Source: Alphaproteobacteria bacterium (GTDB lineage: Bacteria > Pseudomonadota > Alphaproteobacteria > MPNO01). From it: a DNA stretch of 64,000 bases. Under the pieces are notes generated by a model. That model saw only the letters and a list, made by a program, of their open reading frames with translations, ran no database searches and was not told the DNA's origin. Position 1 is the stretch's first letter; each line of letters begins with the position of its first letter. Shown here one piece after another: positions 13,936 to 23,452 of this stretch. The stretch spans positions 3,072,001-3,136,000 of the forward strand of contig OZ219866.1 in the NCBI GenBank assembly GCA_964291675.2, read 5' to 3'. Both the position numbers and the translations under genes were made by a program.

Positions 13936-14589
13936 TCACTGGTTGGCGTTGAACAGGCGATCCATCTCGCGCCGCTCGTCCTTGCTGTACCCCGACTTGT
14001 CCTTCGTCGCCGGGTCTTCCGGAACCGGCGTCATCAGCCTCTCCGCCTCGGCGCCGGGATCCGGCGGCGGCGCGGCGGCGCTGTCCGCCACACCTGCCGG
14101 GCGCCATTCCGGCGGCAGCAGCGAGACCATGAAGCGCGCCGAGAAGGCGAGCAACGGGGCGGTCCGGGAGTCGCGCAGCCATTCCGGCCGCTCGCTCCCC
14201 TGATGCGGAGGGACGAGCAGACGCTCGACCACCAGATAGCTCCCGGACGCCACCACGATCCCGAGCGCCAGCCCGACCAGGAGGCCGAGCGAACGGTCGA
14301 CCGCGCCGAGGGCGCTGCCCCGGATCCGCTCGGCGATCAGATGGGTCAGGACGGTCAATGCGATCAGCCCCGCCGCGAAGACGGCGGCGCCCGCCGCAAG
14401 ATCGGCGAGGAAGGGGCTTTCGATCCAGCCCCGCGCGGTGGGGCGCAGCAGCGGCATGCCGTACACGGTGAGCAGCGCCGCCCCGATCCAGCTACCGATG
14501 CCGAGCAGGACGCGGACCACGCCGAGCCACAGCCCGAGCAGCCCGGCGATGACCAGGGTGGCGATGACCGCGAGGTCGAGCGGCGACAC
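13936..14589 (-). CDS. cvpA: CvpA family membrane protein
   Basis: Four TM helices, DRSLG motif, directly upstream of purF. Confidence 0.88.
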   Translation of the reverse strand: MSPLDLAVIATLVIAGLLGLWLGVVRVLLGIGSWIGAALLTVYGMPLLRPTARGWIESPFLADLAAGAAVFAAGLIALTVLTHLIAERIRGSALGAVDRSLGLLVGLALGIVVASGSYLVVERLLVPPHQGSERPEWLRDSRTAPLLAFSARFMVSLLPPEWRPAGVADSAAAPPPDPGAEAERLMTPVPEDPATKDKSGYSKDERREMDRLFNANQ

Positions 14590-14590
14590 G

Positions 14591-15988
14591 CTAGACGCCT
14601 CCGGCTTGCGGCCAGGGCGCGGCGCGCGGCGGGCCGAACATCGCGACGAGATCGCTCAGATGGCCGATTTCGGTGACCTCGATGCCGGCCTGCGGGATCG
14701 CCTCTCCGCCGCCCCGCGCCGGCGCGATGGCGCGGGCGAATCCGAGCTTCGCGGCCTCGCGCAGCCGGAGCGCCGGCCGGGCGATGCCGCGCACCTCGCC
14801 GCCGAGGCCGATCTCGCCGAACATGACCGCGTCCGAAGGCGCCGCCCGGTCCGAGGCGGCCGACAGCACCGCGCCGGCGACGGCGAGATCGGCGGCGGGT
14901 TCGGCGATCCGCATCCCGCCGGCGACGTTGAGATAGACATCGCGCCCGGCGAGCCCGATGCCGCAGCGCGCCTCGATCACGGCGAGCACCATCGCCAGCC
15001 TCGCCGAATCCCAGCCCACCACGGCGCGCCGCGGCGTGGCCAGCGGCGAGGGCGCCACCAGCGCCTGGATCTCCACCAGCACCGGGCGGGTTCCCTCCAT
15101 GCCGGCGAAGACCGCCGCGCCGGGCACGTCGCTGCGGCGCTCGGCGAGGAACAGCGCCGAGGGGTTGGAGACCTCGATCAGGCCACGCCCGGTCATCTCG
15201 AACACGCCGATCTCGTCGGTCGGCCCGAAACGGTTCTTGAGCGCGCGCAGCACGCGGAATTCGTGGCCGCTCCGGCCTTCGAAATAGAATACCCCATCGA
15301 CCATGTGTTCGAGCACGCGCGGACCGGCGATGGACCCGTCCTTGGTCACATGTCCGACCAGCAGCAGACAGAAACCGCGACGCTTGGCGAGATGGATCAA
15401 CTCCTGTGCGCTGGCGCGAACCTGGGCGACCGTACCGGGCGCGGATTCCAACGTGTCGACATACATCGTCTGGATCGAATCGACCACCACCGCCCGCGGC
15501 GCCTCGCCGCCATCGAGCGTCGCGGCGATGTCGCGGACGCCGGTCGCCGTCGCCAGCCGCACCGGGGAGTCGGCGAGGCCGAGCCGCCGGGCGCGCAGGC
15601 GGATCTGGTCGACCGCTTCCTCGCCCGAGATATAGGCCACCGGCACCGCGCCGGCCAGCGCGCCCGCCACCTGCAGCAGCATGGTCGACTTGCCGATACC
15701 CGGGTCTCCGCCCACCAGCAGCGCCGAGCCGGCGACCAGCCCGCCCCCGGTCACCCGGTCGAACTCAGCGATTCCGCTGGCCAGCCGGGGCGCGTCGGCC
15801 TCGCTTCCGGCGAGCGGAACGAACTCGATCGCGGCGCCCTGTCCGGCGCCCGGCCCGCGCGGCGCCGCGGGGCGGGGCCGCTCCTCGACGATCGCGTTCC
15901 ATTCGCCGCAGGAATCGCATCTGCCGCTCCACTTGGCGAAGGCGGCGCCGCATTCCTGGCAGACATACCGGCTGGCCTGACGGGCCAT
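14591..15988 (-). CDS. radA: DNA repair protein RadA/Sms
   Basis: CQECG..W.GRCDSC zinc finger, GDPGIGKST, KNRFG. Confidence 0.97.
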   Translation of the reverse strand: MARQASRYVCQECGAAFAKWSGRCDSCGEWNAIVEERPRPAAPRGPGAGQGAAIEFVPLAGSEADAPRLASGIAEFDRVTGGGLVAGSALLVGGDPGIGKSTMLLQVAGALAGAVPVAYISGEEAVDQIRLRARRLGLADSPVRLATATGVRDIAATLDGGEAPRAVVVDSIQTMYVDTLESAPGTVAQVRASAQELIHLAKRRGFCLLLVGHVTKDGSIAGPRVLEHMVDGVFYFEGRSGHEFRVLRALKNRFGPTDEIGVFEMTGRGLIEVSNPSALFLAERRSDVPGAAVFAGMEGTRPVLVEIQALVAPSPLATPRRAVVGWDSARLAMVLAVIEARCGIGLAGRDVYLNVAGGMRIAEPAADLAVAGAVLSAASDRAAPSDAVMFGEIGLGGEVRGIARPALRLREAAKLGFARAIAPARGGGEAIPQAGIEVTEIGHLSDLVAMFGPPRAAPWPQAGGV

Positions 15989-16021
15989 TCTCGACGTCTC
16001 CCGCGACCGTTGCCGGGCGGT

Positions 16022-16825
16022 TCAGGCCGCGTGGGCGGCCGTGCGGATGGGACCTTCCGTACGGCCGTGGATGAACTGGTCTACCGCCGGATCGCCGCTG
16101 TCGTCGACCGCGTCGGCCGGACCCGCCCAGATGATCCTGCCGGCGTGGATCATCGCGATCCGGTCGGCGATCCGGCGCGCGCTCGCCATGTCGTGGGTGA
16201 TGGTGAGCGCGGTCGCGCCGAGCCCGCGCACGCATTCCACGATCAGCTCGTTGATCGCATCGCCCACGATCGGGTCGAGCCCGGTGGTGGGCTCGTCGAA
16301 GAACAGGATCTCGGGCTCGACGGCGATGGCGCGGGCGAGAGCGACGCGCTTCTGCATGCCGCTCGACAGCTCGGACGGGTAGCGGTCGGCCTGGCCGCCG
16401 CCGAGACCGACATGGGCGAGCTTCCCGATGGCCGCCTCGCGCGCCGCGCCGCGTTCCATGCCGCGGCTGTGGATCAGCCCGAAGGCGACGTTCTCCCAGA
16501 CCGGCATGGAGTCGAACAGGGCCGCGCCCTGGAACAGCACGCCGAACCTCGCGAGCACCGCGTTCCGCGCCCCGCCGCAGAGCCCCACCGTCTCCGCGCC
16601 GTCTATCGCGATGCTGCCCGAATCCGGCCGCATCAGGCCGATGATGTTCTTGACCAGAACCGACTTGCCGGTTCCCGACCCGCCGATCACCGCCAGGGAT
16701 TCGCCGCGCATGATGTCGAGATCGAGCCCGTCGAGCACCCGGTTGGCGCCGAAGGACTTGCACAACCCCCGCACCCGGATCGTCGGGCGTTCGCCGGCCG
16801 CCGCCGTCCCGTGTCCGGACATCAC
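16022..16825 (-). CDS. mlaF: MlaF-like ABC ATPase
   Basis: GGSGTGKS, LSSGMQKRVALARA, DEPTTGLDP; adjacent to mlaE. Confidence 0.9.
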   Translation of the reverse strand: MMSGHGTAAAGERPTIRVRGLCKSFGANRVLDGLDLDIMRGESLAVIGGSGTGKSVLVKNIIGLMRPDSGSIAIDGAETVGLCGGARNAVLARFGVLFQGAALFDSMPVWENVAFGLIHSRGMERGAAREAAIGKLAHVGLGGGQADRYPSELSSGMQKRVALARAIAVEPEILFFDEPTTGLDPIVGDAINELIVECVRGLGATALTITHDMASARRIADRIAMIHAGRIIWAGPADAVDDSGDPAVDQFIHGRTEGPIRTAAHAA

Positions 16826-17592
16826 GCGAAGAACGCTTCTGTGATCAGGTAGTTGGAGGCGAGGATGAGCACCGACGCCGAGACCACCGCGTTGGTCGTC
16901 GCCGCGCCGACGCCCTGCGCCCCGCCGCGCGAATAGTAGCCGTGGTAGCAGCCCATCAGGGCGATCAGGAAGCCGAACACGGCCGCCTTGACCAGCCCGG
17001 AGACGATGTCGATGACCTCGAGGTACTGAAACGTGCTCTTGAGGTAGACCGTCGTGTTGAAGCCGAGCTTGTTGACCGCCAGCAGATAGCCGCCGAAGAC
17101 GCCGATCGCGTCGGCGGCCAGCACGCAGAGCGGCAGGGTGAGCGTGCCGGCGATCAGCCGCGGCGCGACGAGGTACTTGAAGGGGTCGGTCGCAAGAGCG
17201 GTGAGGGCGTCGATCTGCTCGGTCACGCGCATGGTGCCGATCTCGGCCGCCATCGCCGCGCCGATGCGCCCGGCCACCATCAGCCCGGCGAGCACCGGGG
17301 CGAGCTCGCGGGTGATCGACAGCGCCACGATGGCGGCCACCGCGCTCTCGGCGTTGAACCGCGAGAACCCGGCATAGCTCTGCAACGCCAGCACCATCCC
17401 GGTGAACAGGGCCGTCAGCCCCACCACCGGCAGCGAGTAGTAGCCGACCTCGATCATCTGGCGGCCGATCAGGCGGAAATGGAACGGCGGACGGACGCAG
17501 TGCATGGCCCCGGTGCCGGCGAACAGGGTGAGCCGGCCGGCGGCGGCGAGGAAGTTGAGCGTCGCGCGCCCGACCGAGGCGACGGCGTTCAC
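16822..17592 (-). CDS. mlaE: MlaE lipid-asymmetry ABC permease
   Basis: RELAPV, AEIGTMRVTEQIDAL, GVG.ATT.AVV. Confidence 0.93.
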   Translation of the reverse strand: MNAVASVGRATLNFLAAAGRLTLFAGTGAMHCVRPPFHFRLIGRQMIEVGYYSLPVVGLTALFTGMVLALQSYAGFSRFNAESAVAAIVALSITRELAPVLAGLMVAGRIGAAMAAEIGTMRVTEQIDALTALATDPFKYLVAPRLIAGTLTLPLCVLAADAIGVFGGYLLAVNKLGFNTTVYLKSTFQYLEVIDIVSGLVKAAVFGFLIALMGCYHGYYSRGGAQGVGAATTNAVVSASVLILASNYLITEAFFA

Positions 17593-18671
17593 CCGCCCGC
17601 CCCGCCGCGATGGATCCGGCGCACCCGGCTGCCGATGCGGGCGAGAATCTCGTAGCCGATCGTGCCTGCCTCGGCCGCCAGCGCGTCGGCGTCGTGCGCG
17701 TCGTCGATCAGGTCGACGACGCAGCCCGGGCGGACCAGGCCGGGCTCAATCCCGGTTACGTCGAGTGTCGCGAGGTCCATCGATACCCGTCCGACGAGGG
17801 GCACCGGCGTGCCGCCGATGCGCCCGCTGCCGCGGTCTCCGAGGGCGCGTGGCAGCCCGTCGGCGTAGCCCATCGCGATGGTGGCGAGCGTCGATCCGGC
17901 GGCGATCAGGCGGTCGGCACCGTATCCAACGGGTGTTTCGCTGTCAACGATCCGCGCCTGGAGGATACGGGCCTGAAGCCGGACCGCCCGCTTCATCGGG
18001 TTGGGCCGGCCGGATACCACCGACAGCCCGTAGAGGGCGGCGCCCGGGCGCAGCAGGTCGTAGTGAAACCCCGGTCCGAGAAAGATCCCGGCCGAGTTGG
18101 CGAAGGAAGCGGGCGCGGCGGGGAGGCGCGCCCGCATCGCGTCGAACGCCGCCTTCTGGGCCGCGTTCAGGGGGTGGTGCGGCGTATCGGCGCAGGCGAG
18201 ATGGCTCATCACGAGGGCGAGCTCGATCCCGGCCAGCCGGTCGGGCTCGGCCGCGAGCGTCGCCGCTTCGGCCTCGCCGAGACCGAGCCGGGTCATGCCG
18301 GTATCCAGCATCAGCGCCGCCCGCCGCCCGCCCTGCGCCTGGGCGTGGCGCGACCACAGCGCCAGCGCGTCCAGGGTGCCGAGGACCGGGGTGAGAAGAT
18401 GGCCGTCGTAGCGCGCCGCATCGCCTTCGACATCGCCGTCGAAGACCAGGATCTCGGCCGGCGCCGCTTCCAGCGCCCGGCGCAGCGCGGCGCCCTCCGC
18501 CGGGGTGGCGACGAAGAACGTCCGGCACCCCGCGCGGCTCAGCGCCCGGCCGACCGCCGCCGCGCCGAGCCCGTAGGCATCGGCCTTCACCACCGCCCCG
18601 CATACCGCGCCCGGCGCGCGGCGGGCGAGCGCGCGCCAGTTTTCCGCGACCGCCGCGAGGTCGACGGTCAT
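17589..18671 (-). CDS. alr: Alanine racemase (start uncertain, 18671-18701)
   Basis: AVVKADAYGLG PLP lysine, DTGMTRLG, GRVSMD, GTIGYE. Confidence 0.96.
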   Translation of the reverse strand: MTVDLAAVAENWRALARRAPGAVCGAVVKADAYGLGAAAVGRALSRAGCRTFFVATPAEGAALRRALEAAPAEILVFDGDVEGDAARYDGHLLTPVLGTLDALALWSRHAQAQGGRRAALMLDTGMTRLGLGEAEAATLAAEPDRLAGIELALVMSHLACADTPHHPLNAAQKAAFDAMRARLPAAPASFANSAGIFLGPGFHYDLLRPGAALYGLSVVSGRPNPMKRAVRLQARILQARIVDSETPVGYGADRLIAAGSTLATIAMGYADGLPRALGDRGSGRIGGTPVPLVGRVSMDLATLDVTGIEPGLVRPGCVVDLIDDAHDADALAAEAGTIGYEILARIGSRVRRIHRGGAGG

Positions 18672-18697
18672 CCACGCGCGGTCGCTGCGCCCGGCGC

Positions 18698-20185
18698 TCA
18701 GTAGGGCGCTTCCCGAGTCTCGTTCAGGTTCTCGAACTTGGTCATCTCGGCGTGGAAGCGGAGCACGACCCTGCCGGTCGGGCCGTGCCTCTGCTTGGCG
18801 ACGATGATCTCGGCGCGGCCCTCGGCCTTGCTGCGGCGGTCTTCCCATTGCTCCTGCCGTTCGAGGAACTTGGCCGCGTCCTCGTCCGCCCGTTGGCTCG
18901 GCTCCTGGCGTTCGAGATAGTATTCCTCGCGGTAGATGAACATCACCACGTCGGCATCCTGCTCGATGGTGCCCGATTCGCGGAGGTCGGCGAGAAGCGG
19001 GCGCTTGTCCTCGCGGTTCTCCACCGCGCGCGAGAGCTGCGACAGCGCGAGCACCGGCACGTCGAGCTCCTTGGCCAGCGTCTTGAGGCCGCGGGTGATC
19101 TCGGAGATCTCCTGCACCCGACTGTCGTTGCGCGCGTTGCGGCTGCCGGAGACCAGCTGCAGGTAGTCGACCACCAGGAGGGCGAGCCCGTGCTGGCGCT
19201 TGAGGCGGCGCGCGCGCGTGCGCAGCGCGGACGTGGTGAGCGCCGGCGTGTCGTCGATGAAGAAGCCGAGCCCCTCCAGCTTGCGGCTGGCGACCACCAG
19301 CCGCTCGAACTGGCTCTCGTTGAGCTCGCCGCGGCGAATCTTGTCCGACGAGATCTTGGTCTGCTCGGCGACCAGCCGGTTGGCGAGCTGTTCGGCCGAC
19401 ATCTCCAGCGAGTAGAACCCGACGGCGGGCGGGGCCTTGCCCGTCTCCGCCCCGGCGACGGCCGCCTCGGCGACGTGGAAGGCGATATTGGTGGCCAGCG
19501 CCGTCTTGCCCATCGACGGCCGGCCGGCGAGCACGATCAGGTCGGATTTGTGCAGCCCCCCCAGCATCAGGTCGAGCTCGGTGAAGCCGCTGGGTGCGCC
19601 GACCGTCTTGCCGTCGCGCTTGAACGCCGCCTGGGCCATGTCCACCGCGTCGGCCACCGCCTCGGTGAGCGCGCGGAAGCCGCCCTCGTAGCTCCCCGTC
19701 GTCGCCAGGTCGTAGAGGTTCTGCTCCGCGCTCTCGATCTGGTCGACCGCGCTGACCTCCAGGTCGCCGGCATAGGCGTCGTTGACGATGTCGGTTCCGA
19801 GCTCGATCAGCTCGCGCCGCAGGAACAGGTCGTGGATCAGGCGGCCGTAATCGGCGGCGTTGATCACCGTCGTCGCGTTGGCGGCGAGCCGGGCGACATA
19901 GGCCGCGCCGCCGATCGCGCGGTAGACCTCGTCGGACTCGAAGAAATGCCTGAGCGTGGTGGGGTCGGCGCGCTGGCCGCGCTCGATCAGCGTCTTGCAG
20001 GCGCGCCAGATCCGGCGGTGGAACTCCTCGCTGAAATGCTCCTCGGAGAGGAATTCCGAGACCCGCTCGAAGGCCCGGTTGTTGAGCAGGACCGCGCCGA
20101 GCAGCCCCATCTCGGCCTCGACATTGGCCGGCGGGCTGCGCTGGCCTTCGCGTTCGCTCTCGATGACTGGGACCGTCTCGGCCAA
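18698..20185 (-). CDS. dnaB: Replicative DNA helicase
   Basis: GRPSMGKT, SLEMS, VDYLQL, LSQLSR, DLRESG, KQRHG; no intein visible. Confidence 0.98.
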   Translation of the reverse strand: MAETVPVIESEREGQRSPPANVEAEMGLLGAVLLNNRAFERVSEFLSEEHFSEEFHRRIWRACKTLIERGQRADPTTLRHFFESDEVYRAIGGAAYVARLAANATTVINAADYGRLIHDLFLRRELIELGTDIVNDAYAGDLEVSAVDQIESAEQNLYDLATTGSYEGGFRALTEAVADAVDMAQAAFKRDGKTVGAPSGFTELDLMLGGLHKSDLIVLAGRPSMGKTALATNIAFHVAEAAVAGAETGKAPPAVGFYSLEMSAEQLANRLVAEQTKISSDKIRRGELNESQFERLVVASRKLEGLGFFIDDTPALTTSALRTRARRLKRQHGLALLVVDYLQLVSGSRNARNDSRVQEISEITRGLKTLAKELDVPVLALSQLSRAVENREDKRPLLADLRESGTIEQDADVVMFIYREEYYLERQEPSQRADEDAAKFLERQEQWEDRRSKAEGRAEIIVAKQRHGPTGRVVLRFHAEMTKFENLNETREAPY

Positions 20186-20358
20186 GCCTTACCTCCCCCG
20201 GGGCGAAGCAGGGACGGTAATCGAGCCCGGGGCGAATCGGTACGGCGTCGTCCGCCGGTCATGAGAAATAGCGGGGGCGAAAGTTATTTTCGCCGCTGAG
20301 TCGCGGGGAAATCGGAAGTAACCCGCGAGCCCGCAAGGCCGATCCGGACGAAGCGGCG

Positions 20359-20367
20359 TGTGGATAA
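20359..20367 (-). promoter_or_regulatory. Perfect DnaA box upstream of dnaB
   Basis: TGTGGATAA (= TTATCCACA on minus strand) in the cfa-dnaB intergenic region. Confidence 0.6.
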
Positions 20368-20369
20368 GC

Positions 20370-21614
20370 TCAGGCGGCGATTTCCGCCCGCCGCGCTTCG
20401 GCGGCCGTCTGCGCGCGCTCCCAGTCGGTGATGTAGTCCCGCGTCAGCGGCACCGCGTCCTGGTTGCGGGCGATCTGCATCTGGAAGACCATCTGGTTCC
20501 AGTAGCGGAAGGCCATCTCGCAGCCTTTCAGATAGAACTCCCACATCCGGCAGAAGCGCTCGTCGTAGAGATCGCAGATCCGTGACCTGTTGTCTTGGAA
20601 GCGCTGGTGCCAGTGCGCCAGCGTCTTGGCGTAGTGCAGCCGCAGGATCTCGATGTCGGTGACGTAGAGCTTCTCCCGTTCGAGGGCCGCGAGCACCTCC
20701 GACATCGCCGGGGTGTAGCCGCCGGGGAAGATGTACTTGCGCAGCCAGGCGCTGGTGGTTCCCGGCGGCTCCATGCGGCCGATCGAGTGCAGCAGGGCGA
20801 CCCCGTCCTGCGGCAGCAGCTCGCGCAGCTTGCCGAAGAACTCGCGATAGTGCCGGGCGCCGACATGCTCGAACATGCCCACCGACACGATCCGGTCGTA
20901 TTGCCCCGTGCGATGCCGGTAGTCCTCCAGCATGAACCGCACGCGCCCGGAAAGCCCGGCTTCGGCGGCCCGGCGCTCGGCCACCCTGTGCTGCTCCTCC
21001 GACAGCGTCACGCCGGTCACGTCCACCTCTTCGAGCCCGGCGAGGTAGAGGGCGAGCCCGCCCCAGCCGGAGCCGATGTCGAGCACCCGGAGCCCCGGCC
21101 GCAGCCTGAGCTTGGCCGCGAGGTGGCGCTTCTTGTTCTCCTGAGCCTCGTCCAGGGTGTCGGCGTCGTCCGTGAAATAGGCGCAGGAATACTGCCGGTC
21201 GCGGTCGAGGAACAGGTCGTAGAGCGTGTCCGACAGGTCGTAGTGATGGGCGACGTTGCGCCGCGCGCGGCCGATCGGGTTGTGCTGCTGCAGCCAGCGC
21301 GTCCGGCGGCTCAGCCATTGCGACAGGCGGAACGCGGGGTTGTCCTCCGCTGCCTGCGAATTGACGCAGCAATATTCGATGAAGTCGCCAAGCGTTCCTT
21401 CCTCGATGGTAAGAGTTCCGTCCATATAGGCCTCGCCCACCCGAAGCCATGGGTTGGTGACCAGCTGGACGTGCAGCCGGCGGTCGTGCAGCCGGACCGC
21501 GCATTCCGGTCCCGGCGACCCCTCGATCCGGTGAGTGCGCCCGTTCGCGTCGATCAGGGTCAGACGACCGGTGGACGCAACCTTTCCCAACGCCCAGTCG
21601 AGCAACATCGACAC
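20370..21614 (-). CDS. cfa: Cyclopropane-fatty-acyl-phospholipid synthase
   Basis: AHHYDLS, YSCAYF, VLDIGSGWG, SVGMFEHVG, YIFPGG, RMWEFYL. Confidence 0.93.
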   Translation of the reverse strand: MSMLLDWALGKVASTGRLTLIDANGRTHRIEGSPGPECAVRLHDRRLHVQLVTNPWLRVGEAYMDGTLTIEEGTLGDFIEYCCVNSQAAEDNPAFRLSQWLSRRTRWLQQHNPIGRARRNVAHHYDLSDTLYDLFLDRDRQYSCAYFTDDADTLDEAQENKKRHLAAKLRLRPGLRVLDIGSGWGGLALYLAGLEEVDVTGVTLSEEQHRVAERRAAEAGLSGRVRFMLEDYRHRTGQYDRIVSVGMFEHVGARHYREFFGKLRELLPQDGVALLHSIGRMEPPGTTSAWLRKYIFPGGYTPAMSEVLAALEREKLYVTDIEILRLHYAKTLAHWHQRFQDNRSRICDLYDERFCRMWEFYLKGCEMAFRYWNQMVFQMQIARNQDAVPLTRDYITDWERAQTAAEARRAEIAA

Positions 21615-21959
21615 ACCCCTCCCGTAGTTGCGCCGATTCCGGACCGCGACAGGCGAATTCGCGGCCTGGACCGAATTCTAGCTCCTGTCTGCTTCCGCTC
21701 CAATGGCTTGTGCGACGAATCGGGGCGGCGGCGGACCGGTTCGGCCCGGGCATGGCGGCGCGGCGCCGGTGGCGAGTTTTCCCCAGTCCGTGCGACAGTT
21801 CGCCGCAGGGAGCCGCCTTGTTGCTGGCGCCGAATCCCTCGATACGCTAGGTTGATGGCGACTCGGCGTCGTCGACGCCATCAGGTCTGCAGGATATCCG
21901 TGGTTTCGCCAGCTCATGTCGAACGGCGATCGCACCCGATCATCGAAGGAGATACGGTA

Positions 21960-22244
21960 ATGAAGGCTTTGAAAACTTGCGCGGTCGTTGCGCTGCCCTT
22001 GATGTTCGTCGCCGGCTGCGAAGTGGTGACGGTGGAACAATACCGGGCGACGGACGCGACCGCGAAGCAGGCCGCCGCCGCGGCGGCTGCCGCGGGCGCC
22101 AAGGCCGATGCCGCCGGCAAGCGCGCCGAAGACGCGGCCCGCGCCGCGGAACGTGCCGCCGCCGCGGCGGAGCGCGCCGCCAACGAGGCCAAGTCCGCCG
22201 CGATGAAGATGGACCGCATGATGCAGTCCAAGATGCGGAAATAG
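21960..22244 (+). CDS. Lpp/OprI-like alanine-zipper lipoprotein, 94 aa, C-terminal Lys
   Basis: AAGGAGA RBS; signal peptide with lipobox VAGC; Ala-rich helix; ends RMMQSKMRK. Confidence 0.8.
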   Translation: MKALKTCAVVALPLMFVAGCEVVTVEQYRATDATAKQAAAAAAAAGAKADAAGKRAEDAARAAERAAAAAERAANEAKSAAMKMDRMMQSKMRK

Positions 22245-22265
22245 GCGGGTTTGGACTGACTTGAC

Positions 22266-22297
22266 GGCCGCGTCGGGCAACTCCGCTCGACGCGGCC
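22266..22297. terminator. GC-rich hairpin between convergent lipoprotein and LDT genes
   Basis: GGCCGCGTCGGGC-AACTCC-GCTCGACGCGGCC, 13-bp stem with one G.U pair; no clear U-tract. Confidence 0.5.
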
Positions 22298-22310
22298 CGT
22301 CGGCGGGACG

Positions 22311-23294
22311 CTACCCCGCGGCGCCCTCCCTCTTGAGGACGGCAATCGGCAGCCCCTCGCGCTTGCGCAGGGCCTGCCGGATACGGCTCCAGTCGAGCCT
22401 CCTCGCATTCCCCCGGACGGCGGCGACGAGCCTGTAGGCGATCTCGGGCGCGCCCTCGCGGGTCATCCGCTCGCCGGCTTCCACCTGGTCGGCCTGGGCC
22501 TGGGTCGGATGGACCTCGAGCATGAGATCGCCGCCCACCCAGGCGATCTTGATCGGCTGGTCGACCACGGTGACGGGCGTGCCGACGGGGATTTCGCGGA
22601 ACAGCCGGGCGATGTCTTCCGGGTAGAGCCGCACACAGCCATGCGAGGCGCGGCGGCCGATCCCGTAGGGCCGGTTGGTGCCGTGCAGCAGATAGGCCGC
22701 CCAGCCGAGATAGAGCGCGTGCAGGCCGAGCGGGTTGTCCGGCCCGGGCGGCACCACCGCCGGCAGATCCGGGCGTTCGGCGCGAATCGACTTCGGCACG
22801 TACCAGGTCGGCCTTGCGCGCTTGCGCACCACCCTGGTGCGCCCGGTCGGCGTCGACCATCCCTCCCGGCCGATCCCCACCGGATACGAGACCACCGTCT
22901 TGCCGTCCGGCTTGAAATGGTAGAGCCGCTGGTCGCCGAGGTTGAGAACCAGCCCGCGATGCGCCGCCTGCGGGACGATATGGGCGGTCGGGATCAGGAT
23001 CTCGGTGCCTTCGCCCGGCAGCCATGGATCGACATAGGGGTTGGCCGCGCGCAGCTCGGTGTAGCCGACGTTGAAGCGCCGCGGCAGGTGGATCAGCGTG
23101 TCCTCGTGGCGCGCGCGGTAGCGCAGCACGCGGCCGATCATCGCGGGATAGGCCGTCTCGCTCGAAACCGCAGTCCCGGCCGGCCCGGCGGCGTTCTCGG
23201 CGGCCTGCGCCGCGCCCAGCCAGAGGGCCGCGGCGCAGGCGCAGGCGATCCCGAGCGCCCGGTTTCGGATGGGCGGCAAGAGCCCGTCTCTCAT
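22311..23294 (-). CDS. L,D-transpeptidase, ErfK/YcfS/YnhG type with LysM-like domain
   Basis: Signal peptide ending AQA; ANPYVDPWLP, YPVGIGR, PPGPDNPLG, HGTN, SHGCVRL. Confidence 0.93.
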   Translation of the reverse strand: MRDGLLPPIRNRALGIACACAAALWLGAAQAAENAAGPAGTAVSSETAYPAMIGRVLRYRARHEDTLIHLPRRFNVGYTELRAANPYVDPWLPGEGTEILIPTAHIVPQAAHRGLVLNLGDQRLYHFKPDGKTVVSYPVGIGREGWSTPTGRTRVVRKRARPTWYVPKSIRAERPDLPAVVPPGPDNPLGLHALYLGWAAYLLHGTNRPYGIGRRASHGCVRLYPEDIARLFREIPVGTPVTVVDQPIKIAWVGGDLMLEVHPTQAQADQVEAGERMTREGAPEIAYRLVAAVRGNARRLDWSRIRQALRKREGLPIAVLKREGAAG

Positions 23295-23452
23295 GTTCCG
23301 CTGGTGCATGCCCCCGTCGCGCGCCGGCCGGCCCGGCCCGGCCCCGCCCGGCCTCCGGCCCGCCGCCCGGTCATGGCGTCCTTTCCGCAAAGTCCCCGGT
23401 CCGTTAGATTGTCGTCCCGATTATACCAGATCGCGTCGCTGGAGGGCGGTTT

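Noticed and set aside
10709-14203. 1164-aa plus-strand ORF (and similar long ORFs such as 45958-49053, 34650-37001, 50504-53050)
   Set aside because: Arg/Gly/Pro-rich off-frame or antisense shadows of well-supported genes
16022-17592. mlaEF without mlaD/C
   Set aside because: Split mla loci with mlaEF beside alr/radA are usual in alphaproteobacteria
22070-22200. Low-complexity GCC/GCG repeats
   Set aside because: Simply encode the alanine zipper; not a CRISPR or independent tandem repeat
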